DNA from: an uncultured Armatimonadetes bacterium
Lineage (GTDB): Bacteria; Armatimonadota; Hebobacteria; Hebobacterales; Hebobacteraceae
Direction of reading: 5' to 3'
DNA: 64,000 nucleotides
Assembly (NCBI GenBank): GCA_963716175.1
Contig: OY970296.1
Location: 4,000,001 to 4,064,000, forward strand
Position numbers and translations under genes: made by a program. Numbering within the stretch: position 1 is the first letter of the stretch; every line of letters starts with the position of its first letter. Under the pieces are notes generated by a model. It made no database searches. It was not told where the DNA came from and saw only the letters and a list, made by a program, of their open reading frames with translations. This document shows, one piece after another, positions 40,597 through 49,787 of the stretch.

Positions 40597-41955
40597 CGCT
40601 CTCCCCTGCCGCGGTCGAACTCGCGCAGCGCGGCCGCCGCCTCCCGCGGTGAGCCGGCCGCCGCCACCGGCGCGCCCACGCGCCCGGAGAGCTCCGCGAG
40701 CGTCATCCCGTCCAGAAAGCCCTCCCCTTCTCTGATGGCTGAGGCCGGCACCAGCACCATCTCACCCACCTTCCCGGCGCGCAGAGCGCGGGCAATGTCG
40801 CGGCCGGCGAGCAGACCCGCGGTGGTCACCGACCGGCCCAGCATGCGATTCGGGACCACCTGCACCTGTGCCTGCACCCCGCCGCCGGCCTCCAGCTTCC
40901 CGGCCAACAGCTTCACCAGCCCGGCTGCCCCTTCCCCTGTCACCAGAGTGACGCGCAGACGCTGCCGCAGCCTCAGCGGCCGCAGGCGCCTCACCTGGTC
41001 CAGCAACAGCCGCGCGCCGCCGATCCCATTGCCAAGCTGCCAGAACCCCTCGTACTGCGGTCGCGCCGGCAGCCGCAGACCGGCCAGCAGGTACAGCTCG
41101 TCGGCCGCGAACACCAGCCGCGTGCCCCGCTGCCGCAGAGACTCGCGCTGCCAGCGCTGCACCTGCCGCACGATCGCGGCCGCCAGCTCCAGCGCGCACC
41201 GGGCGGATCCGCGCCAGGCCTCGCCGGTGCTTCGTCAGCCCCACTGGCACCACCCCGATGGACCGCACGCCGGGATGCAGGCCGGCGAGGTCGCGGGCGG
41301 TCCGCTCCAGGTGGGGCCCGTCATTCACCCCGGGGCATACCACAACCTGGGTGTGGAACTCGATGCCCCTGGCGATCAGCCCCTTCATCTCGGCCAGCAC
41401 GTCAGGCACCGCGCCGCCAAATAGCTTCGCCCTCACCTGTGGCTCAGTGGCATGAACGGAGACGTAGAGGGGTGAGAGATGCAGGCGAGCGATGCGGCCG
41501 CGATCGGCCGGGGTCAGGTTGGTGAGGGTAATGAAGTTGCCGTGCAGGAACGAGAGCCGATAATCGTCATCCCGAACGTACAGCGCCGGCCGCAGGCCCC
41601 TTGGCAGTTGAGAGACGAAGCAAAAGGAGCAGCGGTTGCGGCAGGTGCGAAGGCCATCGAACACGTCTTGGGTGAAGCGGAGACCCAGGTCCTGGTCTAC
41701 CGCTTTCTCGACCTCCGCCCGGCGGCGCTTACCGGCGCGGTCCTCCAGCACCAACCTGACTCGGGGCTCGGCCGCGAGGTAACGGTACTCGATGTAATCC
41801 CGCGGCGCTCGGCCATTGACTCGCACCAACCTCTCGCCGGGCAGGACGCCGGCCTTTGCCCCCGGGCTGTCGGCCTGGACAGACTCGACGACGGCCGGCC
41901 GCAGTCGGTGTGCACTCGGCCGATGAGGGCGCGCCCGCCGCACTACGGATCTCAT
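40593..41955 (-). CDS. DUF512 PDZ/radical-SAM-like protein, frameshift near 41190-41200
   Basis: PDZ-like N-terminus, CRNRCSFC, DDDYRLSFL.GNFITLTN, VVPVGLT; continues in ORF 40593..41171 (FAADELYL, QLGNGIG). Confidence 0.85.
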
Positions 41956-42806
41956 CGCCCCGGGGCCGCGTCGCCCAGCTCGCGCAGGCGCGCCACGACC
42001 TGCTCGATCACCCATTCCGGGGTGGAGGCGCCGGCCGTCACGCCCACCCGCTCGACCTGTGCGAACCAGCTCGGCTCCAGCTCCTGCGCGGTCTCGATGT
42101 GATGGGTGGGCGTGCCCGTGGCGGCGCAGATCCCGCGCAGCCGCGCGGTGTTGGCGCTGTTTCTCCCTCCCACCACCACCATCACGTTCACCCGCTCGGC
42201 TAGCTGCCTGGCGCTTTCCTGGCGGCCTGCCGTGGCCTCGCAGATGGTGTTGAACACCCTCAGCTCGCGGCAGCGCTCGGCCAGCGCGCCCGCCACTTCC
42301 CGCAAAGTCTCCGGGCGCTGCGTGGTCTGCACCACCAGGCCGTACTTCTCGCCGAAGGGCAAGGCGGCCGCCTCCTCCGCGCTGGTGACAATGTCCGCCT
42401 TTCCCCCGGCCCTTGCCGCCAGGCCCTCGACTTCCCGGTGGCCGGGGTCCCCGAGGATAACCACGGCGTAGCCCTCCTCGGCGAGCGTGCGGATGTGGGC
42501 GTGGGCGCGCCGCACGAAGGGGCAGGTGGCGTCTATCACCTCCAACCCGCGCCGGCGCGCCTCCTCCTCCACGCCTGGGTCCACTCCATGGGCGGAGAGC
42601 ACGACCGCGCCGCTCGCCACCTCCTCCAGTGACTCCACCCGGTGAATGCCGCGCGCCTCCAGGCGCGCGATCTCCTGGGGGTTGTGAATCAGCTCTCCCA
42701 GGGTGCGCACTGGCCGCGACTGGGTCTCGGCGGCGCGAGCCACGATCTCCAGCGCTCGCTTCACGCCGAAACAGAAGCCGGCATTATCGGCGACAATGAT
42801 GTCCAT
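41952..42806 (-). CDS. ispH: 4-hydroxy-3-methylbut-2-enyl diphosphate reductase
   Basis: AGFCFGVKRA, IHN, DATCPFV, NTIC, SANT, TAGASTP. Confidence 0.96.
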   Translation of the reverse strand: MDIIVADNAGFCFGVKRALEIVARAAETQSRPVRTLGELIHNPQEIARLEARGIHRVESLEEVASGAVVLSAHGVDPGVEEEARRRGLEVIDATCPFVRRAHAHIRTLAEEGYAVVILGDPGHREVEGLAARAGGKADIVTSAEEAAALPFGEKYGLVVQTTQRPETLREVAGALAERCRELRVFNTICEATAGRQESARQLAERVNVMVVVGGRNSANTARLRGICAATGTPTHHIETAQELEPSWFAQVERVGVTAGASTPEWVIEQVVARLRELGDAAPGR

Positions 42807-42861
42807 GGCCAGGAGCAAACGGGAGCCCGCGCAGGGGCTCCCCTACGAACGACAGCCCGGG

Positions 42862-44034
42862 TCAGCCGATGACCCGGGCCACGAAGGCGGCCATCCGCGC
42901 CATCGCCTCTTCGAGCAGCGCCATGGAGGTGGCGTAGGAGCAGCGCACAAACCCCTCCCCGCAGGCCCCGAAGGCCGTCCCCGGCACCACTGCCACCTTC
43001 TGCTCCGCCAGCAGGCGCTCGGCGAACTCCTCGCAAGCGAGCCCGGTGCGCGCGATGGAGGGGAAAGCGTAGAACGCGCCTTTCGGCTCGAAGCAATCCA
43101 ACCCCATCGCGTTCAAGCGATTCACGATCACTCGCCGGCGCTGGTTGTACTCGCGGCGCATCTGCGCCACCTCGTGGTCGCACGCCTTCAGCGCCTCCAC
43201 CGCCGCCTCCTGCGCGGTCGTCGGCGAGCACATCACGGTGTAGGCGTGCAGCTTCACCATCGCCCCGATGATGTCGGCCGGTCCCGCCGCGAACCCCAGC
43301 CGCCAGCCCGTCATCGCCCACGCCTTCGAGAACCCGCCCACCAGTATCGTCCGCTCCCGCGCGCCCGTCTGCGCCGCCACCGACACGTGCTCCCCGTTGT
43401 AGGTCAGCTCCGCGTATACCTCGTCCGATATCATCAGCAAGTCGCGCCCTCGCGCGAACTCCGCCAGCGCAATCGCCCCGGCTGGATCAATGGTGGCGCC
43501 GGTGGGATTGCTGGGATAGGACACGACCATCGCCCTCGTCCCCTCGTCGCAAGCCGCCTCCAGGTCCTCGACCTGCACGCGGAAACCGTGCTCGACCCGC
43601 GTCGGCACCGCGATCGCCCGGCCCCCGGCCATGAGCGTACACGGCGGATAGGCCACAAAGCACGGCTGCGGGATCAGCACGCCGTCGCCCGGCTCGAGGA
43701 TCGTGCGCAGCGCGATGTCAATCGCCTCGCTGCCGCCGACTGTAATCATGATCTCGCGCTGCGGATCGTACCCGAGCTCAAAGCGCCGCTCCAGGTAGCG
43801 CGACACTTCCGCGCGCAGCTCCTGAATCCCGGCGTTCGGCGTATAGTGCGTGTGCCCGCTCTCCAGGGAGGCGATCCCCGCCTCCCTGATGCGCCACGGG
43901 GTCACGAAATCCGGCTCGCCAATACCGAGCGAAATCGCATCCGGCATCTTCTCCACCAGCTCGAAGAACCGCCGGATGCCGGAGGGTGGAAGGCTATCTA
44001 CTCGTTGGGAGATTCGTGATCGGGTTCTGGCCAT
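42862..44034 (-). CDS. Class I/II PLP-dependent aminotransferase
   Basis: SLGIGEPDF, PSNPTG, SDEVY, GFSKAWAMTGWRLG. Confidence 0.93.
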   Translation of the reverse strand: MARTRSRISQRVDSLPPSGIRRFFELVEKMPDAISLGIGEPDFVTPWRIREAGIASLESGHTHYTPNAGIQELRAEVSRYLERRFELGYDPQREIMITVGGSEAIDIALRTILEPGDGVLIPQPCFVAYPPCTLMAGGRAIAVPTRVEHGFRVQVEDLEAACDEGTRAMVVSYPSNPTGATIDPAGAIALAEFARGRDLLMISDEVYAELTYNGEHVSVAAQTGARERTILVGGFSKAWAMTGWRLGFAAGPADIIGAMVKLHAYTVMCSPTTAQEAAVEALKACDHEVAQMRREYNQRRRVIVNRLNAMGLDCFEPKGAFYAFPSIARTGLACEEFAERLLAEQKVAVVPGTAFGACGEGFVRCSYATSMALLEEAMARMAAFVARVIG

Positions 44035-44107
44035 GAGCTCTGCTCTGAACTGGCGGACTGGGAAAGAGACGCGCTCCTGCCCATCCCAGAGGCTAGCCTA
44101 CCGCAAC

Positions 44108-44587
44108 TCAGGGCGTCACCGGCAGCCGCTTCACCTCCGGCCGCTCCGCCAGCACGTCTCCGTCAACCTTGTAGCGCTTCAGCACGAAGTGAGTGGCGGT
44201 GCTCAGCACGTGCTCCAGCGGCGCCAGCTTTTCGGCCACAAAGAAGGCCACCTCTCGCATGGTCGCGCCCTGCACCACCACCAGCAGGTCATAGGTTCCA
44301 GACATGAGATAGAGCGAATGCACCTCCGGGAAACCCATGATCCGCTCTGCCACTGCGTCGAAGCCCACCCCGCGCTCGGGCGAGACTCGCACCTCGATGA
44401 AGCCATACACGTGCTCGATGCCGGCCTTCTCCCAGTTCACCACGGTCTTGTAGCGCCGGATCACGCCCTCGTCTTCGAGCTGCTTGACGGCGGCCTTCAC
44501 CTCCGCTTCCGGCCGGCCGGTGCGCTCCGCGATCTGGGCCGCGGTGAGGCGGGCATCATCTGCGAGCAGTTGCAGGACTTCCTCCAT
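44108..44587 (-). CDS. Lrp/AsnC family transcriptional regulator
   Basis: N-terminal HTH; YLMSGTYDL; ATHFVLKRYK. Typical partner of the downstream aminotransferase. Confidence 0.9.
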   Translation of the reverse strand: MEEVLQLLADDARLTAAQIAERTGRPEAEVKAAVKQLEDEGVIRRYKTVVNWEKAGIEHVYGFIEVRVSPERGVGFDAVAERIMGFPEVHSLYLMSGTYDLLVVVQGATMREVAFFVAEKLAPLEHVLSTATHFVLKRYKVDGDVLAERPEVKRLPVTP

Positions 44588-44631
44588 GGCTGCGCTCCTT
44601 GGCCTGGCAGGGGCACGCCCCTGCGCAGCGG

Positions 44632-44741
44632 GTAGGGCAGGTCCCCCTAGGCCGGCTGCCGCGGCCGGGGTGGCGGCCTGCCGTGCGGGCCTAGCCACGC
44701 GACCTGCCCCGGCGGGCATGCCGAGACATGCCCGCCCTACA
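44632..44741. repeat. Inverted GTAG REP cluster
   Basis: GTAGGGCAGGTC...GACCTGCCC enclosing a GC-rich insert, followed by GGCGGGCATG-CCGAGA-CATGCCCGCCCTACA. Confidence 0.6.
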
Positions 44742-44743
44742 GG

Positions 44744-46123
44744 CTACTTGTGAATGGCGAGGCCGAGCGTATCCTCCGCCGCTTCCTTGATGGGCTCGCT
44801 CAGGGTGGGATGGCCGTGCACCATCTCCCCCAGATCCTCCGCCGTCGCCCCCAGCTGCACCGCCAATACCACCTCGTGGATGAGGTCGGTGGCGCGGGGG
44901 CCAATCACGTGGCCTCCGATCACCTTGCCCGTGGCGGCCTCGGCCACGATCTTGGCCACACCTTCCCGGTGCCCCTCAGCCAGCGCCCGCCCCGCGGCGC
45001 GAAAATAGAAGCGGCCGACTTTCACCTCTATCCCCTGCTCCTTCGCCTGGGCCTCGCTGAGGCCTGTGGAGCCGATCTCGGGATGGGTGTAGGTCACGGA
45101 CGGGATCGCCCGGTAGTCCATCTCCCGGCTCTGCCCCAGCGCGTTCGCCACTGCCACCTTCCCCTCGGCGAATGCCACGTGGGCCAGCAGAATGCCACCG
45201 ATGGCGTCGCCCGCGGCATAGACCCCCGGCACATTGGTCTCCATGTGGGCGTTCGCCTTGATCGCCCGCCGGTTCATCTCGATTCCGGCCTCCGGAAGCC
45301 CGATGCCCTCGGTATTCGGCCAGCGCCCGACCGCGGAGAGCACTAGCTCCACCTCCACCTCCCGCGGCTTGCCGTCGTGCGTGAACTGCACCACCCGCTT
45401 GCCGCCTCGCTCCACCACCCCCGACACCTGGGCGCCCACGAAGACCTCAATCCTGCGCCGGCGGAACGAGCGCGCCAGCTCGGCCGAGATCTCCTCATCC
45501 TCCAGGGGCACGAGGCGTGGGAGCAGTTCGATCAACGTCACCTTCGCGCCCACTGAGCTGAACACATCCGCGAACTCCACCCCAATGGGCCCGGCCCCGA
45601 TGATGGCCAGGCTCTCCGGCACTTGCGGCAGATTCAGGATCTCATCACTGGTCAACACCCCGGGCAGCTCAAACCCGGGAAGAGGCAGCCGCGCCGGCAC
45701 CGATCCCACGGCCAGCAGCACGCGGTCGGCGCTGACTGTCTCCTCTCTCCCCTCCGTCTCCACCGCGATGGCATTCGCCCCCGCCAGGCGGCCTTTGCCC
45801 TCGACCACACGGATTCCATGCTCCTTCATCAGGAGCTCGACGCCCTTGCGGAGCTGCCCCACCACCTGGTCTTTGCGCTGGATCACCTTGGTCCAGTTGA
45901 TCCCCCGGAACTCGCCCTCCACCCCATACTGGTCGAGCTCGCGGGCTTCCCGCGCCACCTCCGCCGACCGGAGCAAGGTCTTGCTCGGGATGCAGCCGCG
46001 GTTGGTGCAAGTGCCGCCGAGCGCGTCCATCTCGATCAGTGTCACCTCCGCGCCTAACTGCCGCGCCCGGATCGCCGCTACGTACCCCGCCGGTCCTCCT
46101 CCCAGAATCGCGATGTGTGCCAA
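44744..46123 (-). CDS. lpdA: Dihydrolipoyl dehydrogenase
   Basis: GGGPAGY, GGTCTNRGCIPSK, HPTLSE. Confidence 0.95.
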   Translation of the reverse strand: MAHIAILGGGPAGYVAAIRARQLGAEVTLIEMDALGGTCTNRGCIPSKTLLRSAEVAREARELDQYGVEGEFRGINWTKVIQRKDQVVGQLRKGVELLMKEHGIRVVEGKGRLAGANAIAVETEGREETVSADRVLLAVGSVPARLPLPGFELPGVLTSDEILNLPQVPESLAIIGAGPIGVEFADVFSSVGAKVTLIELLPRLVPLEDEEISAELARSFRRRRIEVFVGAQVSGVVERGGKRVVQFTHDGKPREVEVELVLSAVGRWPNTEGIGLPEAGIEMNRRAIKANAHMETNVPGVYAAGDAIGGILLAHVAFAEGKVAVANALGQSREMDYRAIPSVTYTHPEIGSTGLSEAQAKEQGIEVKVGRFYFRAAGRALAEGHREGVAKIVAEAATGKVIGGHVIGPRATDLIHEVVLAVQLGATAEDLGEMVHGHPTLSEPIKEAAEDTLGLAIHK

Positions 46124-46153
46124 CTCCCTGGCCTTTCCTTCTTGCGCCCGCGC

Positions 46154-46753
46154 TCAGGCTTGCCGCTTCAGTTCCTGCTCCAGCTTCTCGATATGCATCT
46201 TGGCCACGCTGTCGTCGGGAAAGCGCTTGAGCAGGGCCTGCCACTCGTCCAGCGCCTCCTCCTTGCGACCGGCCAGCTCCAGGGTCGCCGGCAGCATATG
46301 CTGCCAGGCCCGCGGTGCGTCGTGCTGCACTGATTTCCGGAACTGCTCCACCGCCTCGCCGTACTTGTGGCGGCGGTGGTAGAAGAGCCCGAACTGCTGG
46401 TACAGCTCCGGGCTATCGGGATTCTCCTCGATGCCGGCCTGGTACATGGCGATGGCCTCTCCGTCGCGGTTAAGGTTCGCCAGCACCCAGGCGACGTCCG
46501 TGTAAGCATCCACGAAGTGCCGATCCAGCTCGATGCTCTGGTAGCAGAGACGGATGCAGTCCTCCCACTCGCCGGCATGCCAGTGAGTATCTATGTCTGT
46601 GGCCAGCAGATCGAGCAGGAAATCCCGCGTCTCCGTGGTCCGGCGCTCGGCCTCGGCCGCGGGGATGGGCTGCATCCCCTGGTCACGCTGCGCCGCCCAT
46701 ACCACGGCGCCGCAAGTGAGCACCAGAGCCAACGCCACCAGGGCTCGCTTCAT
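46154..46753 (-). CDS. Exported TPR-repeat protein
   Basis: Signal peptide and several TPR-like helices. Confidence 0.8.
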   Translation of the reverse strand: MKRALVALALVLTCGAVVWAAQRDQGMQPIPAAEAERRTTETRDFLLDLLATDIDTHWHAGEWEDCIRLCYQSIELDRHFVDAYTDVAWVLANLNRDGEAIAMYQAGIEENPDSPELYQQFGLFYHRRHKYGEAVEQFRKSVQHDAPRAWQHMLPATLELAGRKEEALDEWQALLKRFPDDSVAKMHIEKLEQELKRQA

Positions 46754-46843
46754 GGCAGAGCTGCTCCTAGCAGAAAGTACTGCATTCTACCGGAATTCGC
46801 GGCCGTTGGGTAGGGCAGGCTCGCGGCCTGCCCACCTCCCCCG

Positions 46844-47422
46844 TCAACCCGGCGGCAAACGTCGTCGCATAGCCGGGATCAGCGCGGCCGCCGCCGCTGC
46901 CTTCACCGCGTCCACCACCACGAAGGGGAAGAGCGACTGCGCCAGCACGGCCAGCAGGCCCGCGCCAGAGCCTGTCATGGCCCGCCACACCGCGAACCAG
47001 GCGGCGCCGCAGGCGTGGATCACGATCACTCCGCACAAGCAGGCCAGAAGCACGCGCCACCCGGCCTGCGCCCTCGACCGGCCAGCGATCGAGCCGGCAA
47101 CCAGCGCGGCCAGCGGGAATCCCACCAAGTATCCGCCCGTCGGCCCCAGCAGCGCGGCCGGCCCGCCGCCGTGAGCGAAGATGGGCAGACCCGCGGCGCC
47201 GGCGGCCAGATACTCCACCTGGCTGACGAATCCCAGCCGCGCGCCCAACACCCCTCCGGCCAAGAGCACGCACAAGACCTGGCCCGTGATCGGCACCGGA
47301 GTGAACGGCACATGGAAGGAGAGGCGGGCGCCGACCGCAGTGAGGACCGCGAACAGGGTCGCGGCCGCCAGATCCACCGCCAGCCGCCGCGCTACTATGG
47401 CTCGCTCCCGCACCTGCGCCAT
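46844..47422 (-). CDS. bioY: Biotin transporter BioY
   Basis: PFTPVPITGQ, GLPIFA.GG, GPTGGYLVGF. Likely start 47422; the upstream ORF extension runs into the IS. Confidence 0.92.
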   Translation of the reverse strand: MAQVRERAIVARRLAVDLAAATLFAVLTAVGARLSFHVPFTPVPITGQVLCVLLAGGVLGARLGFVSQVEYLAAGAAGLPIFAHGGGPAALLGPTGGYLVGFPLAALVAGSIAGRSRAQAGWRVLLACLCGVIVIHACGAAWFAVWRAMTGSGAGLLAVLAQSLFPFVVVDAVKAAAAAALIPAMRRRLPPG

Positions 47423-47549
47423 CACCGTCTCCTCGATGCCGCTATGGCTTCGGCGCGTAGGGACCAGCACCTCTTGGCGCCGACCCGGACAGGAGGTCCG
47501 GACTCGCGCGGGAACACAGGGAGGCAAGAGGGAGATGCAATAACTGATG

Positions 47550-48977
47550 TCAAGGGGTAATCGTGCCTCTGGCATAGCGAGTAAGTTGGAGATGTGGCGG
47601 CTTGTTTTTCCCAGCGCTGATGGTAGAATTACGCTGGGGAGCGCGAGACCTCGACGCCGCCTTGAGTGGTCGTCCCGATTGCATCGGGGCTTGACCCGCG
47701 GCATCTCCAGTGAGGCGTCGCTCCCCCTTCGGTGTCTGGGCCATCTCTTCTCCCCGAGCGATTCCGCGCAGGGCGATCTCTTCCGACCAAGGTTGATTGA
47801 AGGTGAGCACGGCCCAGACGATCTCAGCCATCTTTCGGGCGATGGCACCTCCGGCTGCTTTCTTGGATTTGCCTCGGGCTCGCAGGCGGGCGTAGAAGTG
47901 GCGGATCGCCGGGTTGTATTGGCGGGCGGCGGCCGAGGCCACCAGCAGAGTCATCTTCAGCATGCGGTTGCCCTTGCGGGTCATGCGGAAGCGCAGCTTG
48001 GTGTCTCCGCTCTCCCAGGCAATGGGATAGAGCCCACAGTAGCCCACGAAAGTCTCTTTGTGCGGGAAGCGACGGATGTCGGCTGTCTCGGCCAGGATGG
48101 AAGCCACCGAGACCGGGCCCAGGCCCGGCACCGAAGCCAGAACCGTATCTGGGAAGAGCCGCTCCAGCTCCTGGGCGACGGCTGCGTCCATGCCGTGAAG
48201 GAAACGATTCAGTTGCAGGATGCGGACGGCCGCGTCCTGGATGGAGAGACGCGCCATCATCGGCAGTTGGCGCGCGGGGGCAGCTTTCGCCAGGGCGATC
48301 AGTTTCCGGGCGAAGGCGGCTCCGACACGCTTGCCGTCGGAGTTGCGCAACTCACTCAGGCGAGCCTCACCCCGCCGGAGCAGCTCCTGGGGCGAGGGGC
48401 AGGCGGCCAGCGCCACCAGGGTGCGGACGCTGAACTTGGCACCCAGCGTTTCCCGATAGCCGGGGAAGTGAGTGCGCAGCAGCCGGTGGAGCCGATTCTT
48501 GAGCGAGGTGCGATCCTCCACGCAGCGGCGCCGGGTGCGAGTGGCATCCTGGAGCGCTTCGAATCCCTCGGGCATGGGGGCGCGGGGCTGGGGGCGGATC
48601 TTCGCCAGGAATCGGGCGATCAGCTCGGCATCCACCCGGTCGGTCTTGGTGTCCTTGAGCTCCAGCTTGCGGAACCACTTGACCTCGCGGGGATTGAGCA
48701 CGTGCACCTGGATCGTCCGACGCGTCTCTGCCCGCAGCGCCTTCGCCGCCACCCGATGATATTCGCCGGTGGACTCCACCGCCGCCATCACCTGGGTGCC
48801 GCGACCGCACGCGCGTGCGATCACCATCACGGCCTCGCCGAGCGCGGCCGCGCCGGTCGCGTCGTTGGGGAAGGACTGCACGCCGCCGATGGGCGCTCCG
48901 CTGCCATCGCAGAAGCCGACCTCCAGGGAGCGCGACGAGACATCGATGCCCACGCACAACAACCTCGCTTCCGCCAT
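47550..48977 (-). CDS. IS110 family DEDD recombinase/transposase
   Basis: CVGIDVS, AVESTG, KTDRVDA (RuvC DEDD); VPGLG...WESG...GNRMLK, AIARK (Tnp domain). Start after GAGGAGG. Confidence 0.95.
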   Translation of the reverse strand: MAEARLLCVGIDVSSRSLEVGFCDGSGAPIGGVQSFPNDATGAAALGEAVMVIARACGRGTQVMAAVESTGEYHRVAAKALRAETRRTIQVHVLNPREVKWFRKLELKDTKTDRVDAELIARFLAKIRPQPRAPMPEGFEALQDATRTRRRCVEDRTSLKNRLHRLLRTHFPGYRETLGAKFSVRTLVALAACPSPQELLRRGEARLSELRNSDGKRVGAAFARKLIALAKAAPARQLPMMARLSIQDAAVRILQLNRFLHGMDAAVAQELERLFPDTVLASVPGLGPVSVASILAETADIRRFPHKETFVGYCGLYPIAWESGDTKLRFRMTRKGNRMLKMTLLVASAAARQYNPAIRHFYARLRARGKSKKAAGGAIARKMAEIVWAVLTFNQPWSEEIALRGIARGEEMAQTPKGERRLTGDAAGQAPMQSGRPLKAASRSRAPQRNSTISAGKNKPPHLQLTRYARGTITP

Positions 48978-49029
48978 ACACCACCTCCTCGGCAATGGAT
49001 CTGCCGCCAGCGCGGGAGCTCCTCGTCGC

Positions 49030-49222
49030 CTCCGGTCCCGCTTCGACTCCTGAATTGCGCGGTCGTGCCGCAGGTTGCAATCCAAGCTCCGGACCGGTCG
49101 CCGAGGGGTCATTCTCCTCTTCTCGGTCGCGCCGTAACTGAAATGAAGACCTCGCGCCCGACGCCCCGGCCCGGAGACTATAACCCACTCCATACTGGTG
49201 AAACCAGTACGGATATCCAAGT
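49030..49222 (-). ncRNA. Candidate IS110 bridge RNA
   Basis: Non-coding region between the junction -10 box and the recombinase. It has a 5' hairpin (TCCGTACTGG/CCAGTATGGA) followed by two large stem-internal-loop structures. Boundaries approximate. Confidence 0.65.
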
Positions 49223-49244
49223 TGCAGCATTATAGGAGTCAGCA

Positions 49245-49787
49245 ATGGCCGAGCAGCTATTCGATGGAGCGACTGCCTTCGTGATCGTGGACATGCTGAA
49301 TGACTTCGTGCGCCCGGGCGCGCCGCTGCGGGTGGAGGGAGCGGAGGCCTTGATCCCCATCATTGCCCGCGGCCGGCAGGCCGCCAGGCAAGCAGGGGCC
49401 AAGGTGGTCTACCTCTGCGACGCTCACCGGCCGGACGATCCAGAGTTCCGCGCCTGGCCACCGCACGCGGTCCGCGGCAGCCAGGGCGCGCAGGTGGTGG
49501 AGGAGCTCGCTCCCGAGGCGGAAGATACCGTCATCCCCAAACGCCGCTTCTCCGGCTTCTTCGGCACTGATCTCGATCTCAACCTGCGGGAGCGGGGGCT
49601 GCGGCGGCTGCTGATCTGCGGCATCCTCACCGACATCTGCGTCTATCACACCGCGGCCGACGCCGCCCAATTGGCCTATGAGGTGCTGGTGGCGAAGAAC
49701 GCAGTGGCGGCGGCCACGGAGGAAGACCATCAGTTTGCGCTCAAGCAGATGGCGCGGCTGCTCAAGGTGCGGCTGGCAGAGCTTTAG
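49245..49787 (+). CDS. Isochorismatase/nicotinamidase-family cysteine hydrolase
   Basis: IVDMLNDF, DAH..DDPEF..WPPH, KRRFSGF, GILTDICV. Confidence 0.9.
   Translation: MAEQLFDGATAFVIVDMLNDFVRPGAPLRVEGAEALIPIIARGRQAARQAGAKVVYLCDAHRPDDPEFRAWPPHAVRGSQGAQVVEELAPEAEDTVIPKRRFSGFFGTDLDLNLRERGLRRLLICGILTDICVYHTAADAAQLAYEVLVAKNAVAAATEEDHQFALKQMARLLKVRLAEL

Larger units (their letters stand above)
47535..49234 (-). mobile_element. Complete IS110-family insertion sequence (~1.7 kb)
   Basis: Flanked by GGAG at 47531..47534 and 49235..49238. Joining the ends on the minus strand gives TTGACA-N17-TATAAT. The exact crossover within GGAG is ambiguous. Confidence 0.85.
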
